A stretch of 64,000 nucleotides of DNA from Candidatus Latescibacterota bacterium (GTDB lineage Bacteria > Latescibacterota > UBA2968): contig OZ242195.1 in NCBI GenBank assembly GCA_965205975.1, positions 4,960,001 to 5,024,000 of the forward strand, in the 5' to 3' direction. The notes beneath the pieces are model-generated. The model ran no database searches and was not told where the DNA came from. It was given only the letters and a program-made list of their open reading frames with translations. Every line of letters begins with the position of its first letter. Positions within the stretch are counted from its first letter, which is position 1. Positions 18,770 to 27,715 of the stretch are shown here, in pieces. Made by a program: the position numbers and the translations under genes.

Positions 18770-18904
18770 TTTTTCCTGCCTGTGCTTGAACGGTATTTGG
18801 GGATAGGTGTGTACAAATCTTTCCCAAACGGTCGTTTTTTTCGCCGCATGTTTTGCGGACTTTTTCCTTTTAAATACTAAATACAGATTCTCTGGAGGTG
18901 GCTT

Positions 18905-20164
18905 GTGTATGCTATCCGAGCCATGATCGGGCTATGCCTCATGGGTATATCTTTTTTGCCTGTGCGGGCAGATGAACTGGATCTGGATGCGCTGATTCAG
19001 GAGGCTGTGAAAAATAATCCCAATTTGTCGGTTTTGCGGGCGCGGTTGGCTGCTTTTGAAGCGAGAATTCCGCAGGCGGGGGCGCTGGAAGATCCGTCTT
19101 TTCGCTTTGAGGTGAGCAATGTACCGTTGAGCGACTTCAATTTGAGTAGTACACCGATGAGTGGAAATCAATTTGTGGTCAGTCAGAAGTTTTCTTTCCC
19201 AGGAAAACAGCGGGCGAGCGAGCGATCAGCCCAGTTTGCCTCGGATTCTGTTGCGTGGCTGTTGCGCGACCGAGAACTGGCAATTGCCAATGCGATTAAG
19301 CAGCCTTTTTTTGATCTGGCTTATGTGATCCGTGCCATTGCGATTATGGAAAAGAATCGGGTGTTGTTGCAAGATCTGGTTCGCATTGCCCGCACGAAAT
19401 ACGCCGTTGGAAAAGGGTTGCAACAGGATGTGTTAAAAGCTCAGGTTTCGCTTTCTGCACTGGATACGGAGTTGATTGCTCTTCGGGCGAAAAAACAATT
19501 GGCAGAGGCGCGTTTGAATCTGGTGTTGAATCGGTCTCCTCAAAGTTCTTTGGGCGCGCCGCCAGATACTATTGGTCTTTCAGGCGTGCCGCTGACGATT
19601 GATGTCTTGCTGGCTCAAGCCGATGAGGGGCACCCATCTCTGAAGGCTATGGACCAATCGATTTTGATGTGGCGAGCAGAGGTTGAGGTTGCGAGAAGAA
19701 ATCTCTGGCCGGATATGACGGTGAGTTTGGGATATCGCCAGCGCGTGTTTGCGGCCAATGATCCGGTCAAAGGAAGCGATTTTATATCTGTTGGTATAGG
19801 TATTCCACTTCCCGTGTTTGGCGGGCGCAAGCAACGCCAGCAGATTGTAGAAGTGCAGGCTAATCTGCGAGAGGTTGAGGCGCAAAAGGCCGCTGAACGC
19901 CAGCAGATTCACTACGAGATTCAGCGTCTGGTTATTGAGGTCGGGCAACACCGGGAAAGTGCCGAGTTGTTTCGCACTGCGATGTTGCCCCAGGCAGAGC
20001 AGTCGCTGGCGTCGGCTTTGTCGGGATATCGGGTGGATAAGGTGGATTTTTTGACGTTGTTGAATAATCAGATGACGCTGTTGAATTTTGAGATGGCATA
20101 TTATCGACATGTGATTGAGCATGAAAAACGGGTGGCGGATCTGGCGGCGGCGGTGGGGCGTTAG
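18905..20164 (+). CDS. cusC: TolC-family outer-membrane factor (CusC/CzcC-like)
   Basis: Signal peptide, AVKNNPNL, SQKFSFPGK, QQDVLKAQV, DFLTLL; first gene of the cus cluster. Confidence 0.8.
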   Translation: MYAIRAMIGLCLMGISFLPVRADELDLDALIQEAVKNNPNLSVLRARLAAFEARIPQAGALEDPSFRFEVSNVPLSDFNLSSTPMSGNQFVVSQKFSFPGKQRASERSAQFASDSVAWLLRDRELAIANAIKQPFFDLAYVIRAIAIMEKNRVLLQDLVRIARTKYAVGKGLQQDVLKAQVSLSALDTELIALRAKKQLAEARLNLVLNRSPQSSLGAPPDTIGLSGVPLTIDVLLAQADEGHPSLKAMDQSILMWRAEVEVARRNLWPDMTVSLGYRQRVFAANDPVKGSDFISVGIGIPLPVFGGRKQRQQIVEVQANLREVEAQKAAERQQIHYEIQRLVIEVGQHRESAELFRTAMLPQAEQSLASALSGYRVDKVDFLTLLNNQMTLLNFEMAYYRHVIEHEKRVADLAAAVGR

Positions 20165-20171
20165 GTGCGAG

Positions 20172-20195
20172 GTAGGGGCAGGCCTGTGCCTGTCC
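20172..20195 (+). repeat. GTAG-family REP-like palindrome
   Basis: GTAG-GGGCAGG-CCTGTG-CCTGTCC. Confidence 0.6.
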
Positions 20196-20215
20196 GTTTA
20201 AAAAGGAGTTGAGAG

Positions 20216-21475
20216 ATGAAATATCTCCTTCCAATTCTATCATTGATTGTGGGATTTGTTGGCGGGGTCTGGATTTCGGGAGATACGCATACAGAGCAGG
20301 TGCAGGCGTTGGAAACATATATCTGTCCGATGCATCCGACGGTGGTGTCGGATAAGCTCGGATCTTGTCCTATTTGCGGTATGGATCTGGTGGTGAAGGA
20401 GGCTGATGGGTCGTCAGTTCAGGATGGAAGCGTGCAGATTGATCCTGTGACGATTCAGAATATTGGTGTGAAGACGATGGTGGTGGAAAAGCAGCCTTTG
20501 AAACGCACAGTGCGCGCAGTGGGCAGGGTGGATTATGACGAGACGCGGATTATGGATGTGAATAGCAAGATCGCCGGGTGGGTTGAGCAGTTGTATGTGG
20601 ATTATACCGGTCAGTGGGTGGAAAAGGGGCAGCCTTTGCTCGCGCTTTACAGTCCGGAACTGGTCGCGGCGCAGGAGGAGTATTTGACGGCTCTGGATTA
20701 TGCGGAGAGAATGCGCAGTGGTATGGATCGAGATGTGGCGCAAAGTGCCGATGACCTGCTCGCTGCTGCGCGGCAGAGGTTGTTGTATTGGGATATCTCG
20801 GCGGGTCAGATTGCAGAGTTGGAAAAGACGCGACAGGTTGGACGAACAATGCCCATTCTGGCTCCTCGTTCGGGGATTGTGACGCACAAAGATGTGCTGG
20901 AGGGGGCGTATATCGGGTCGGGTCAACATCTGTATCGCATTGCGGATCTGTCGGTGGTGTGGATTTATGCAGATGTGTACGAATACGAGATGCCGTGGGT
21001 TTCCAAAGGTCAGCGTGCAGAGGTGTCGCTGTCTTATTTGCCGGGCGAGCAATTTGAGGGAAAAGTGGATTATATTTTTCCGTTTATGAATGAAAAGACG
21101 CGCACGGTACAGGTGCGGATGGTTTTTGACAATGCAGATGGCGCGCTTAAACCGGATATGTATGCCGATGTGGTGATTCGCCCCGAGGTGGCGCGTGAGG
21201 GCATTGTGATACCCGCTCAGGCGGTGATTCATTCGGGGACGCGCAGGGTTGTTGTGATGGCTCACGGAGACGGCAGGTTTGAGCCGCGCGAGGTTCACAT
21301 CGGGGTCGAGACCGAGGATGGATATGAGGTGCTGAAGGGGCTAAATTCAGGGGAAGAGATTGTGACTTCGGCGCAGTTTTTGATTGATTCAGAGAGCAAT
21401 TTAAAGGCTGCACTGGCAGGGATGCGTGGAGATCCTGTGAAACATGGTGGACATAGTGGACACGGTGGGCATTGA
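20216..21475 (+). CDS. cusB: Heavy-metal RND membrane-fusion protein
   Basis: YICPMHP...CPICGMDL metal-binding domain, YSPELVAAQEEYL, SAQFLIDSES, His-rich tail. Confidence 0.9.
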   Translation: MKYLLPILSLIVGFVGGVWISGDTHTEQVQALETYICPMHPTVVSDKLGSCPICGMDLVVKEADGSSVQDGSVQIDPVTIQNIGVKTMVVEKQPLKRTVRAVGRVDYDETRIMDVNSKIAGWVEQLYVDYTGQWVEKGQPLLALYSPELVAAQEEYLTALDYAERMRSGMDRDVAQSADDLLAAARQRLLYWDISAGQIAELEKTRQVGRTMPILAPRSGIVTHKDVLEGAYIGSGQHLYRIADLSVVWIYADVYEYEMPWVSKGQRAEVSLSYLPGEQFEGKVDYIFPFMNEKTRTVQVRMVFDNADGALKPDMYADVVIRPEVAREGIVIPAQAVIHSGTRRVVVMAHGDGRFEPREVHIGVETEDGYEVLKGLNSGEEIVTSAQFLIDSESNLKAALAGMRGDPVKHGGHSGHGGH

Positions 21476-21504
21476 AGCGCGTATTTTGAGAGGATTGGAA
21501 CGCG

Positions 21505-24500
21505 ATGCTAAATCGAATTATTGAAGCGAGTGTGAAGAATCGGTTTCTGGTGGTGATCGCCACTTTGATGGTGATTGGATGGGGGGTGTATGCGATGCTG
21601 AATACGCCACTGGATGCGATTCCCGATTTGTCGGATGTGCAGGTGATCGTGTTTAGCGAATATCCGGGGCAGGCGCCGCAGGTGGTGGAAGATCAGGTGA
21701 CGTATCCGCTGACGACGGCGATGTTGTCCGTGCCTTATGCAAAGACGGTGCGGGGTTATTCGTTTTTTGGCATGTCTTATGTGTATGTGATTTTTGAGGA
21801 TGGTACGGATATGTACTGGGCGCGCAGTCGGGTGTTGGAGTATCTCAATTCCGCGTCTGATAGATTGCCGCAGGGGGTAACGCCAAAGCTGGGTCCAGAT
21901 GCGACGGGCGTGGGCTGGGTCTATCAATATACGGTGCTGGATACGACCGGGAGATATGATCTTTCGGAATTGAGGTCGATTCAGGATTGGTATTTGCGGT
22001 ATGAGTTGAGTAGTGTGCAAGGTGTGTCGGAGGTGGCGTCTGTGGGTGGATTTGTGAAGCAGTATCAGGTGATTGTGGATCCCAATCGCTTGCTGGCATA
22101 CAATATTCCTTTGCAGAAGGTTCGGATGGCGATTCAGCGAAGTAATAGCGATGTGGGAGGGCGATTGGTCGAGCTGGCAGAGACGGAATTTATGGTGCGC
22201 GGGTTGGGGTATATCCAATCTGTGGCGGATATCGAGCAGATTGCCCTGGGCGTGGATGAACACGGTACGCCGATTCGCGTAAAAGATGTTGCGACTGTGC
22301 AGGTGGGTCCAGAACTTAGAAGGGGATTGGCCGAGTGGAATGGCGAGGGGGAGGTGGTGGGGGGTATTGTGGTGATGCGGTCTGGGGAAAACGCGCTCAA
22401 AGTTATTGATCGGGTGAAAGAGAAGTTGGCGTCGCTCAAACCCGGTCTTCCCGAAGGCGTGGTGGTGGTCGCCAATTACGACCGCTCGGCACTTATTCTG
22501 CGCGCGGTTGATCATTTGCAGAAGAAGTTGATTGAAGAGATCGCGATCGTGGCTGTGGTGTGTATTGTTTTTTTACTGCATTTTCGCAGTGCTTTTGTAG
22601 CTGTTTTTACATTGCCGATGGGGATTTTAATCGCTTTTGCAGCGATGTATCACCAGGGTGTCAATTCGAATATTATGTCTCTGGGCGGTATTGCGATTGC
22701 CATTGGGGCGATGGTGGATGCCGCTATTGTGATGATCGAAAATGCACATAAACATATCGAACGCGATGGCGGTATAAAGTCGCATAGTGAGATGATAATT
22801 GCCGCTTCGAAAGAGGTGGGACCTGCGCTGTTCTTTTCTCTGTTGATTATTACGCTGTCGTTTTTGCCGGTTTTTACACTGGAGGCGCAGGAGGGAAGGT
22901 TGTTCAAGCCGCTCGCATATACCAAGACTTATGCTATGGCGGCGGCGGCATTTTTGGCGATTACGGTTGTGCCGGTGCTGATGACTTTTTTTGTGCGGGG
23001 CAAAATTCGGTCTGAGTCGGAGAATCCCATCAGTCGTGTGTTGATCTATCTGTATCGACCTGTGATTGATTGGGTGTTGCGACATCGGGTGCTGACTATG
23101 GTGTTGGGGGGGCTGGTGTTGTTTGTGACGGTGTTTCCATTTCGGGATATTGTGGTGTCGCGTTTTTCAGATCGGCCACAGAGTTTGACTTATAAGGCAC
23201 TGGTGAAGTTGGACGCGCTGTTTCCTATGGAAAAAATTGGATCTGAATTTATGCCGCCACTGTACGAGGGCGATCTGTTATATATGCCTACGACATTGCC
23301 GGGGATATCGATTACGAAAGCGCGTGCGTTGTTGCAACAGACGGATAAGATTATTCGTACTTTCCCAGAAGTTGAACACGTATTTGGCAAAATTGGTCGG
23401 GCAGAGACTGCGACAGACCCGGCGCCGCTGTCGATGATTGAGACGACGATTATGCTCAAGCCCGAGTCCGAGTGGCGAGAAGGGATGACGCCTCAAAAAT
23501 TAATTCGAGAATTGAATCAGGCGGTGAAATTTCCGGGATTGACCAATGCGTGGACTATGCCGATTAAGACGCGCATCGATATGCTTTCAACGGGTATTAA
23601 GACGCCTGTAGGTATCAAGGTCGTGGGGGATGATCTGGAGACATTGCAGATGTTGGGCGAGAAAATCGAGACGGTGGTGCGCGATTTGCCAGGTACACTG
23701 AGTGTGTTTGCCGAGCGCGCAGTAGGCGGCAATTATTTGGATTTTGAGATCAATAGGCAGGCTGCTGCGCGTTACGGGCTGACGGTTGGGGATGTGCAGG
23801 ATGTTATTATGTCGGCATTGGGCGGGATGAATATCACGCATACTGTGGAGGGTTTGGAGCGCTATCCGGTGAATTTGCGTTATGGACGGGAGTTGCGCGA
23901 CAATTTGCCCGCGCTTCGGCGCGTGCTGGTGCCCACGCCGATGGGGGCGCAGATTCCCATTGGACAGTTGGCAGATCTTCGCATTCGGAAGGGGCCGCCG
24001 AGCATTAAGAGCGAGAATGCGCGGTTAAATGCGTGGGTCTATGTCGATATTGAAGGGGTGGATGTGGGGACTTATGTGGCGCGGGCGCAACAGGCGGTGT
24101 TGGAGCAGGTGCAGATGCCACCCGGGTACACCGCGATCTGGAGTGGCCAGTATGAATATATGTTGCGGGCAGAGAAAAAGCTGAAGGTCGTGGTGCCTGT
24201 GACGCTAGCGATCATTTTTGTACTGTTGTATCTGAATTTTAGAAATGTAGCTGAGACCGCGATTGTGATGCTTTCTCTGCCCTTTGCTCTGGTCGGTGGG
24301 ATATGGTTGATGTATATTTTGGATTACGATATGAGCATTGCCGTGGGTGTTGGGTTTATCGCGCTGGCGGGATTGGCTGCCGAGACGGGGGTGGTGATGC
24401 TGATTTATCTGGATCAGGCTTATGAGAGTATTAGACGCGAAAAAGGCGATGTTTTGACGCTGGCAGATTTAAATCAGGCGGTGATGTCCGGTGCTGTGGA

Positions 24501-24729
24501 GCGGGTGCGGCCCAAGTTGATGACGGTGTTTTCAACGATGATGGGGCTGTTGCCGATTATGTGGTCAACGGGCACGGGGTCCGAGGCGATGAAGCGCATT
24601 GCTGCGCCTATGGTGGGAGGGATGGTGTCATCGACGATTTTGACGCTGCTGGTGATTCCGGCGATTTATGCGTTGTGGAAAGAGAGAAGGGTATCCGCAG
24701 ATGACGCAGAAAAAACGCGAGTAATTTGA
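21505..24729 (+). CDS. cusA: Cu(I)/Ag(I) RND efflux pump
   Basis: LDAIPDLSDVQVI, DMYWARSRVLEYL, EFMPPLYEGDLLYMP, MIETTI, RIDMLSTG. Confidence 0.95.
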   Translation: MLNRIIEASVKNRFLVVIATLMVIGWGVYAMLNTPLDAIPDLSDVQVIVFSEYPGQAPQVVEDQVTYPLTTAMLSVPYAKTVRGYSFFGMSYVYVIFEDGTDMYWARSRVLEYLNSASDRLPQGVTPKLGPDATGVGWVYQYTVLDTTGRYDLSELRSIQDWYLRYELSSVQGVSEVASVGGFVKQYQVIVDPNRLLAYNIPLQKVRMAIQRSNSDVGGRLVELAETEFMVRGLGYIQSVADIEQIALGVDEHGTPIRVKDVATVQVGPELRRGLAEWNGEGEVVGGIVVMRSGENALKVIDRVKEKLASLKPGLPEGVVVVANYDRSALILRAVDHLQKKLIEEIAIVAVVCIVFLLHFRSAFVAVFTLPMGILIAFAAMYHQGVNSNIMSLGGIAIAIGAMVDAAIVMIENAHKHIERDGGIKSHSEMIIAASKEVGPALFFSLLIITLSFLPVFTLEAQEGRLFKPLAYTKTYAMAAAAFLAITVVPVLMTFFVRGKIRSESENPISRVLIYLYRPVIDWVLRHRVLTMVLGGLVLFVTVFPFRDIVVSRFSDRPQSLTYKALVKLDALFPMEKIGSEFMPPLYEGDLLYMPTTLPGISITKARALLQQTDKIIRTFPEVEHVFGKIGRAETATDPAPLSMIETTIMLKPESEWREGMTPQKLIRELNQAVKFPGLTNAWTMPIKTRIDMLSTGIKTPVGIKVVGDDLETLQMLGEKIETVVRDLPGTLSVFAERAVGGNYLDFEINRQAAARYGLTVGDVQDVIMSALGGMNITHTVEGLERYPVNLRYGRELRDNLPALRRVLVPTPMGAQIPIGQLADLRIRKGPPSIKSENARLNAWVYVDIEGVDVGTYVARAQQAVLEQVQMPPGYTAIWSGQYEYMLRAEKKLKVVVPVTLAIIFVLLYLNFRNVAETAIVMLSLPFALVGGIWLMYILDYDMSIAVGVGFIALAGLAAETGVVMLIYLDQAYESIRREKGDVLTLADLNQAVMSGAVERVRPKLMTVFSTMMGLLPIMWSTGTGSEAMKRIAAPMVGGMVSSTILTLLVIPAIYALWKERRVSADDAEKTRVI

Positions 24730-24781
24730 GCGTTTTACGCAGATGAAAGGCGAAATGTAGGGGTGGGTTTTTAACCCACCC
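24695..24781 (+). repeat. Degenerate CGCAGATG repeats plus GTAG REP-like palindrome
   Basis: CCGCAGATGACGCAGA...CGCAGATGAAA...GTAG-GGGTGGGTT-TTT-AACCCACCC; same layout as 39827-39904. Confidence 0.65.
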
Positions 24782-24822
24782 GATGTAAACCCCAGAATCA
24801 TTCACTTTTCAGGAGGTGTGTT

Positions 24823-25176
24823 ATGAAGTCTCGTATTTTTGCATTATTGGTCATTGGCGCGACAGCTATAGGCATGGCTGGATGGATCGGCTGTTCGTCA
24901 AAGTCGGAGGCGACGACTGTCGAGGTGAAGTTGTCAACGATGCAGTGCGCTATGTGCTCGAATACCATAGAGAAAGCACTGAAAGAGGTCGATGGCGTTG
25001 AGAGCGTGGAAGTCAATCTGGACGCGAAAACAGCGAAGGTGACTTTTGATGCGAAGGTGACCGATGTTTCCGCTCTGGAGCAGGCTGTTGTCAAGGTGGG
25101 GTATGCGGCGAATGACAAAAAGGCCGATGCCGATACGTATGCAAATCTGCCCAGTTGCTGCCAAGTTCCTGAGTAA
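24823..25176 (+). CDS. HMA-domain (CopZ/MerP-like) metal-binding lipoprotein
   Basis: WIG-C lipobox, MQCAMC, C-terminal YANLPSCC. Confidence 0.88.
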   Translation: MKSRIFALLVIGATAIGMAGWIGCSSKSEATTVEVKLSTMQCAMCSNTIEKALKEVDGVESVEVNLDAKTAKVTFDAKVTDVSALEQAVVKVGYAANDKKADADTYANLPSCCQVPE

Positions 25177-25190
25177 TAATTGTTGAATCC

Positions 25191-25228
25191 AAGCCCCGGA
25201 TGTTTTGATGCATTCGGGGCTTATTTTA
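25191..25228 (+). terminator. Intrinsic terminator of the cus cluster
   Basis: AAGCCCCGGATG / CATTCGGGGCTT followed by ATTTT. Confidence 0.7.
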
Positions 25229-25263
25229 TTGCGGTTTGAAGGGTTTTTTGAATCAGTTGTGTC

Positions 25264-25292
25264 TTGAATTATTCACAGGTGATGAGTATATT
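25264..25292 (+). promoter_or_regulatory. sigma70 promoter candidate for the methyltransferase
   Basis: TTGAAT-N17-TATATT. Confidence 0.4.
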
Positions 25293-25345
25293 CGGTTCGG
25301 AATATTCTGCGGTATTACTCTCAATTTCATGTCAGAGCAATAGAA

Positions 25346-26617
25346 ATGAATGCCAAACCTTTAGCTATTAGTCTTTTTGCAGGAGCCGGTGGTTGCTCTT
25401 TGGGGTTCAAACGCGCTGGTTATAATATTCTCTACGCAATAGATATAAACGAAAATGCTGTGGAAACTTACAGACATAATTTTACTGATACCCAATGTGA
25501 AATGGCGGATATTATGTCTTATGATTTTGAAAAACTTCTTAAAAATTTGAGGTTAAAAAAGGGTGAGTTGGATATTCTGATTGGTGGCCCTCCATGCCAG
25601 GGCTTTAGTACAGCAGGTATGCGATTTTGGGACGATCCAAGAAATGGATTATTGAAGCATTACGTCAACGCCTTAGCCATTTTACGTCCCAAATGGTTTA
25701 TTATGGAAAATGTTGAGGGTCTTCTTACAGCTAAAGGTGGTATATACGTCTATGAAGCTGCAAGAGCCTTTATCAAATTGGGATATTCGATAAGAATCGA
25801 TAAAATTTATGCACAGGAATACGGGATACCACAAAGACGAAAGAGAACTTTAGTTATTGGCAATAGATTGGGAATGGAATTTAATTTGCCAGAACCACTT
25901 GTGCATGGTCGCATTTTTAAGAATGCCGATATTACACTTAGACATACGATTGGAGAACTTCCCAATCCGACACTGGATAAGAGCAGTCCTATCTGTTACA
26001 GCGGCAAGCCCAAACATGAGTGGGAAGAACAACTGCGTGATGGAAATAAAAAATTATATGATCACTTTACACCCAAAATTGAGGGAGTCCAGCTTGAGAG
26101 AATTAAACATTTAAAACCGGGGCAATCGATGAAGGATCTGCCAGAATCACTTCATCATGAATCATTTAAACGAAGAGCATATCGGCGTGTTATGGATGGA
26201 ATGCCCACGGAGAGAAGAGGAGGTGCTCCCTCGGGGATTAAGCGATTGATTTTTGATGAACCGAGTTTAACTATCACAGGTGCCGCTGTAAGAGAGTTCA
26301 TACATCCCAAATACAATCGCCCATTAACTTTGCGTGAATGTGCTCGAATACAAACATTTCCCGATTGGTTCAGATTTCAAGGAAACACTTCAGAGAAGAT
26401 CACGCAGATAGGGAATGCGATTCCCCCTTTATTAGCAGAGATTTTTGCAATGCATTTACTGATTAATTATGGTTTTAGAGAAGCGACACGCTCCTCACCG
26501 AGTAGATTATTTGCACATACTTTAACAAAAGCAACTGCTATGAGTCCAGCTCTCACAAAAACAGATAATATGCTTCAGGGGTTGTACAAAAGAAAGAATC
26601 CTCAACTCAGTCTTTAA
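25346..26617 (+). CDS. dcm: DNA (cytosine-5) methyltransferase with no adjacent endonuclease
   Basis: FAGAGG, GGPPCQGFS, ENV, QRRKR, RECARIQTFPD, QIGNAIPP; AT-rich. Confidence 0.93.
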   Translation: MNAKPLAISLFAGAGGCSLGFKRAGYNILYAIDINENAVETYRHNFTDTQCEMADIMSYDFEKLLKNLRLKKGELDILIGGPPCQGFSTAGMRFWDDPRNGLLKHYVNALAILRPKWFIMENVEGLLTAKGGIYVYEAARAFIKLGYSIRIDKIYAQEYGIPQRRKRTLVIGNRLGMEFNLPEPLVHGRIFKNADITLRHTIGELPNPTLDKSSPICYSGKPKHEWEEQLRDGNKKLYDHFTPKIEGVQLERIKHLKPGQSMKDLPESLHHESFKRRAYRRVMDGMPTERRGGAPSGIKRLIFDEPSLTITGAAVREFIHPKYNRPLTLRECARIQTFPDWFRFQGNTSEKITQIGNAIPPLLAEIFAMHLLINYGFREATRSSPSRLFAHTLTKATAMSPALTKTDNMLQGLYKRKNPQLSL

Positions 26618-26688
26618 CGAAATGCACACCCAGATCAAGAACTTCAATAACTGATATAGATAATACCTACGGGTTAAAGGAGGTATTT

Positions 26689-27654
26689 ATGGCTCTTGCG
26701 ATGACAGAGCAGCAAGAGAGAGATTTTGATGAGAAGGGATTTGTTATTCTCGAGGATTTCTTTACTCAGGATGAGGTCAATCGGCTTTTGCTGGCTATTG
26801 ATGAGGTGGCAGAGCGGATTCGAGAGGCCGAGGGCCTGGGGCCTGATGATCCTTTTGCCGTGCGCAATGCCCTGTCGCAGCACGAGGCGTTTCTCGATTT
26901 GATCGATCATCCGCGCATGTTGCCTCTGGTGGTGGATGCGATTGGCTGGAATATTCAGATTCGTACCACGCATCTGGATTATCGACCGCCGTATCCCGAG
27001 GGTTTGAAAGCAGGCGATGTTGGCGTTGGCAAGGGCGAAGATCAGGAGGTTGGGTACCGCAATGTGGCCTGGCATCCCGATTTGGCGAGCGATATGCTGT
27101 TTCTGGGGCCTTCGCTCGATGGACGTCTCCCGTTTATGGAGATTAAGGTTTTTTACGTGCTTTACGATATGACTGAATCCAATTGTGGCAATCTGTGGTT
27201 GGTGCCGGGTAGTCACAAGCGCAAGCCCGAAGAGTTGCGAGAAATGGGGCGCGAGGTCAATCCGGAAGAGGCGGTCGAGCTCAAGTTGCGGGCTGGTTCC
27301 GCGGTGTTGTGGCGAACCGCGGTGTGGCACTGTGTGGGTCCCAATTTGTCGAGAAAAACGCGAAAGATTATGCATGTGGGGTATAATTACCGATGGCTTC
27401 GTCCGACCGATTATATCGAGCAGGATGCCGATCTTATTGAACGAAGTTCGCCAATTCGGCGTCAGTTGTTGGGCGCGCTGGCTTCGGGAAAAGATCCGCT
27501 GGGACCAGAGCCCGATTTTCACCCTTCGTCACAATACTGGCTGACTAAGAATTGGGATGATGTTCCGTTGCGGGCCTGGGCACAGGAACAAGAGACGAGC
27601 CAAAAGCAACCACAGGTGAACGGCTATCGTAGTCGCACACCGGTTGTAAAGTAA
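26689..27654 (+). CDS. PhyH-family Fe(II)/2OG dioxygenase
   Basis: WHPD, GNLWLVPGSH, VWH, RKIMHVGY. Confidence 0.88.
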   Translation: MALAMTEQQERDFDEKGFVILEDFFTQDEVNRLLLAIDEVAERIREAEGLGPDDPFAVRNALSQHEAFLDLIDHPRMLPLVVDAIGWNIQIRTTHLDYRPPYPEGLKAGDVGVGKGEDQEVGYRNVAWHPDLASDMLFLGPSLDGRLPFMEIKVFYVLYDMTESNCGNLWLVPGSHKRKPEELREMGREVNPEEAVELKLRAGSAVLWRTAVWHCVGPNLSRKTRKIMHVGYNYRWLRPTDYIEQDADLIERSSPIRRQLLGALASGKDPLGPEPDFHPSSQYWLTKNWDDVPLRAWAQEQETSQKQPQVNGYRSRTPVVK

Positions 27655-27672
27655 GAGGCAAGAGGTGTGACT

Positions 27673-27698
27673 GTAGGGATGTACTCCTGTGCATGCCT
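27673..27698 (+). repeat. Degenerate GTAG REP-like relic
   Basis: GTAGGGATGTACTCCTGTGCATGCCT, similar to 20172 and 39879. Confidence 0.35.
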
Positions 27699-27715
27699 CA
27701 AGAGATAGGATTAGA

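Noticed and set aside
20414..22515. Long antisense ORFs over cusB/cusA (and similar ones over alaC, argJ and phyH)
   Set aside because: Shadow ORFs from codon bias on the strand opposite well-supported genes, with no recognisable motifs
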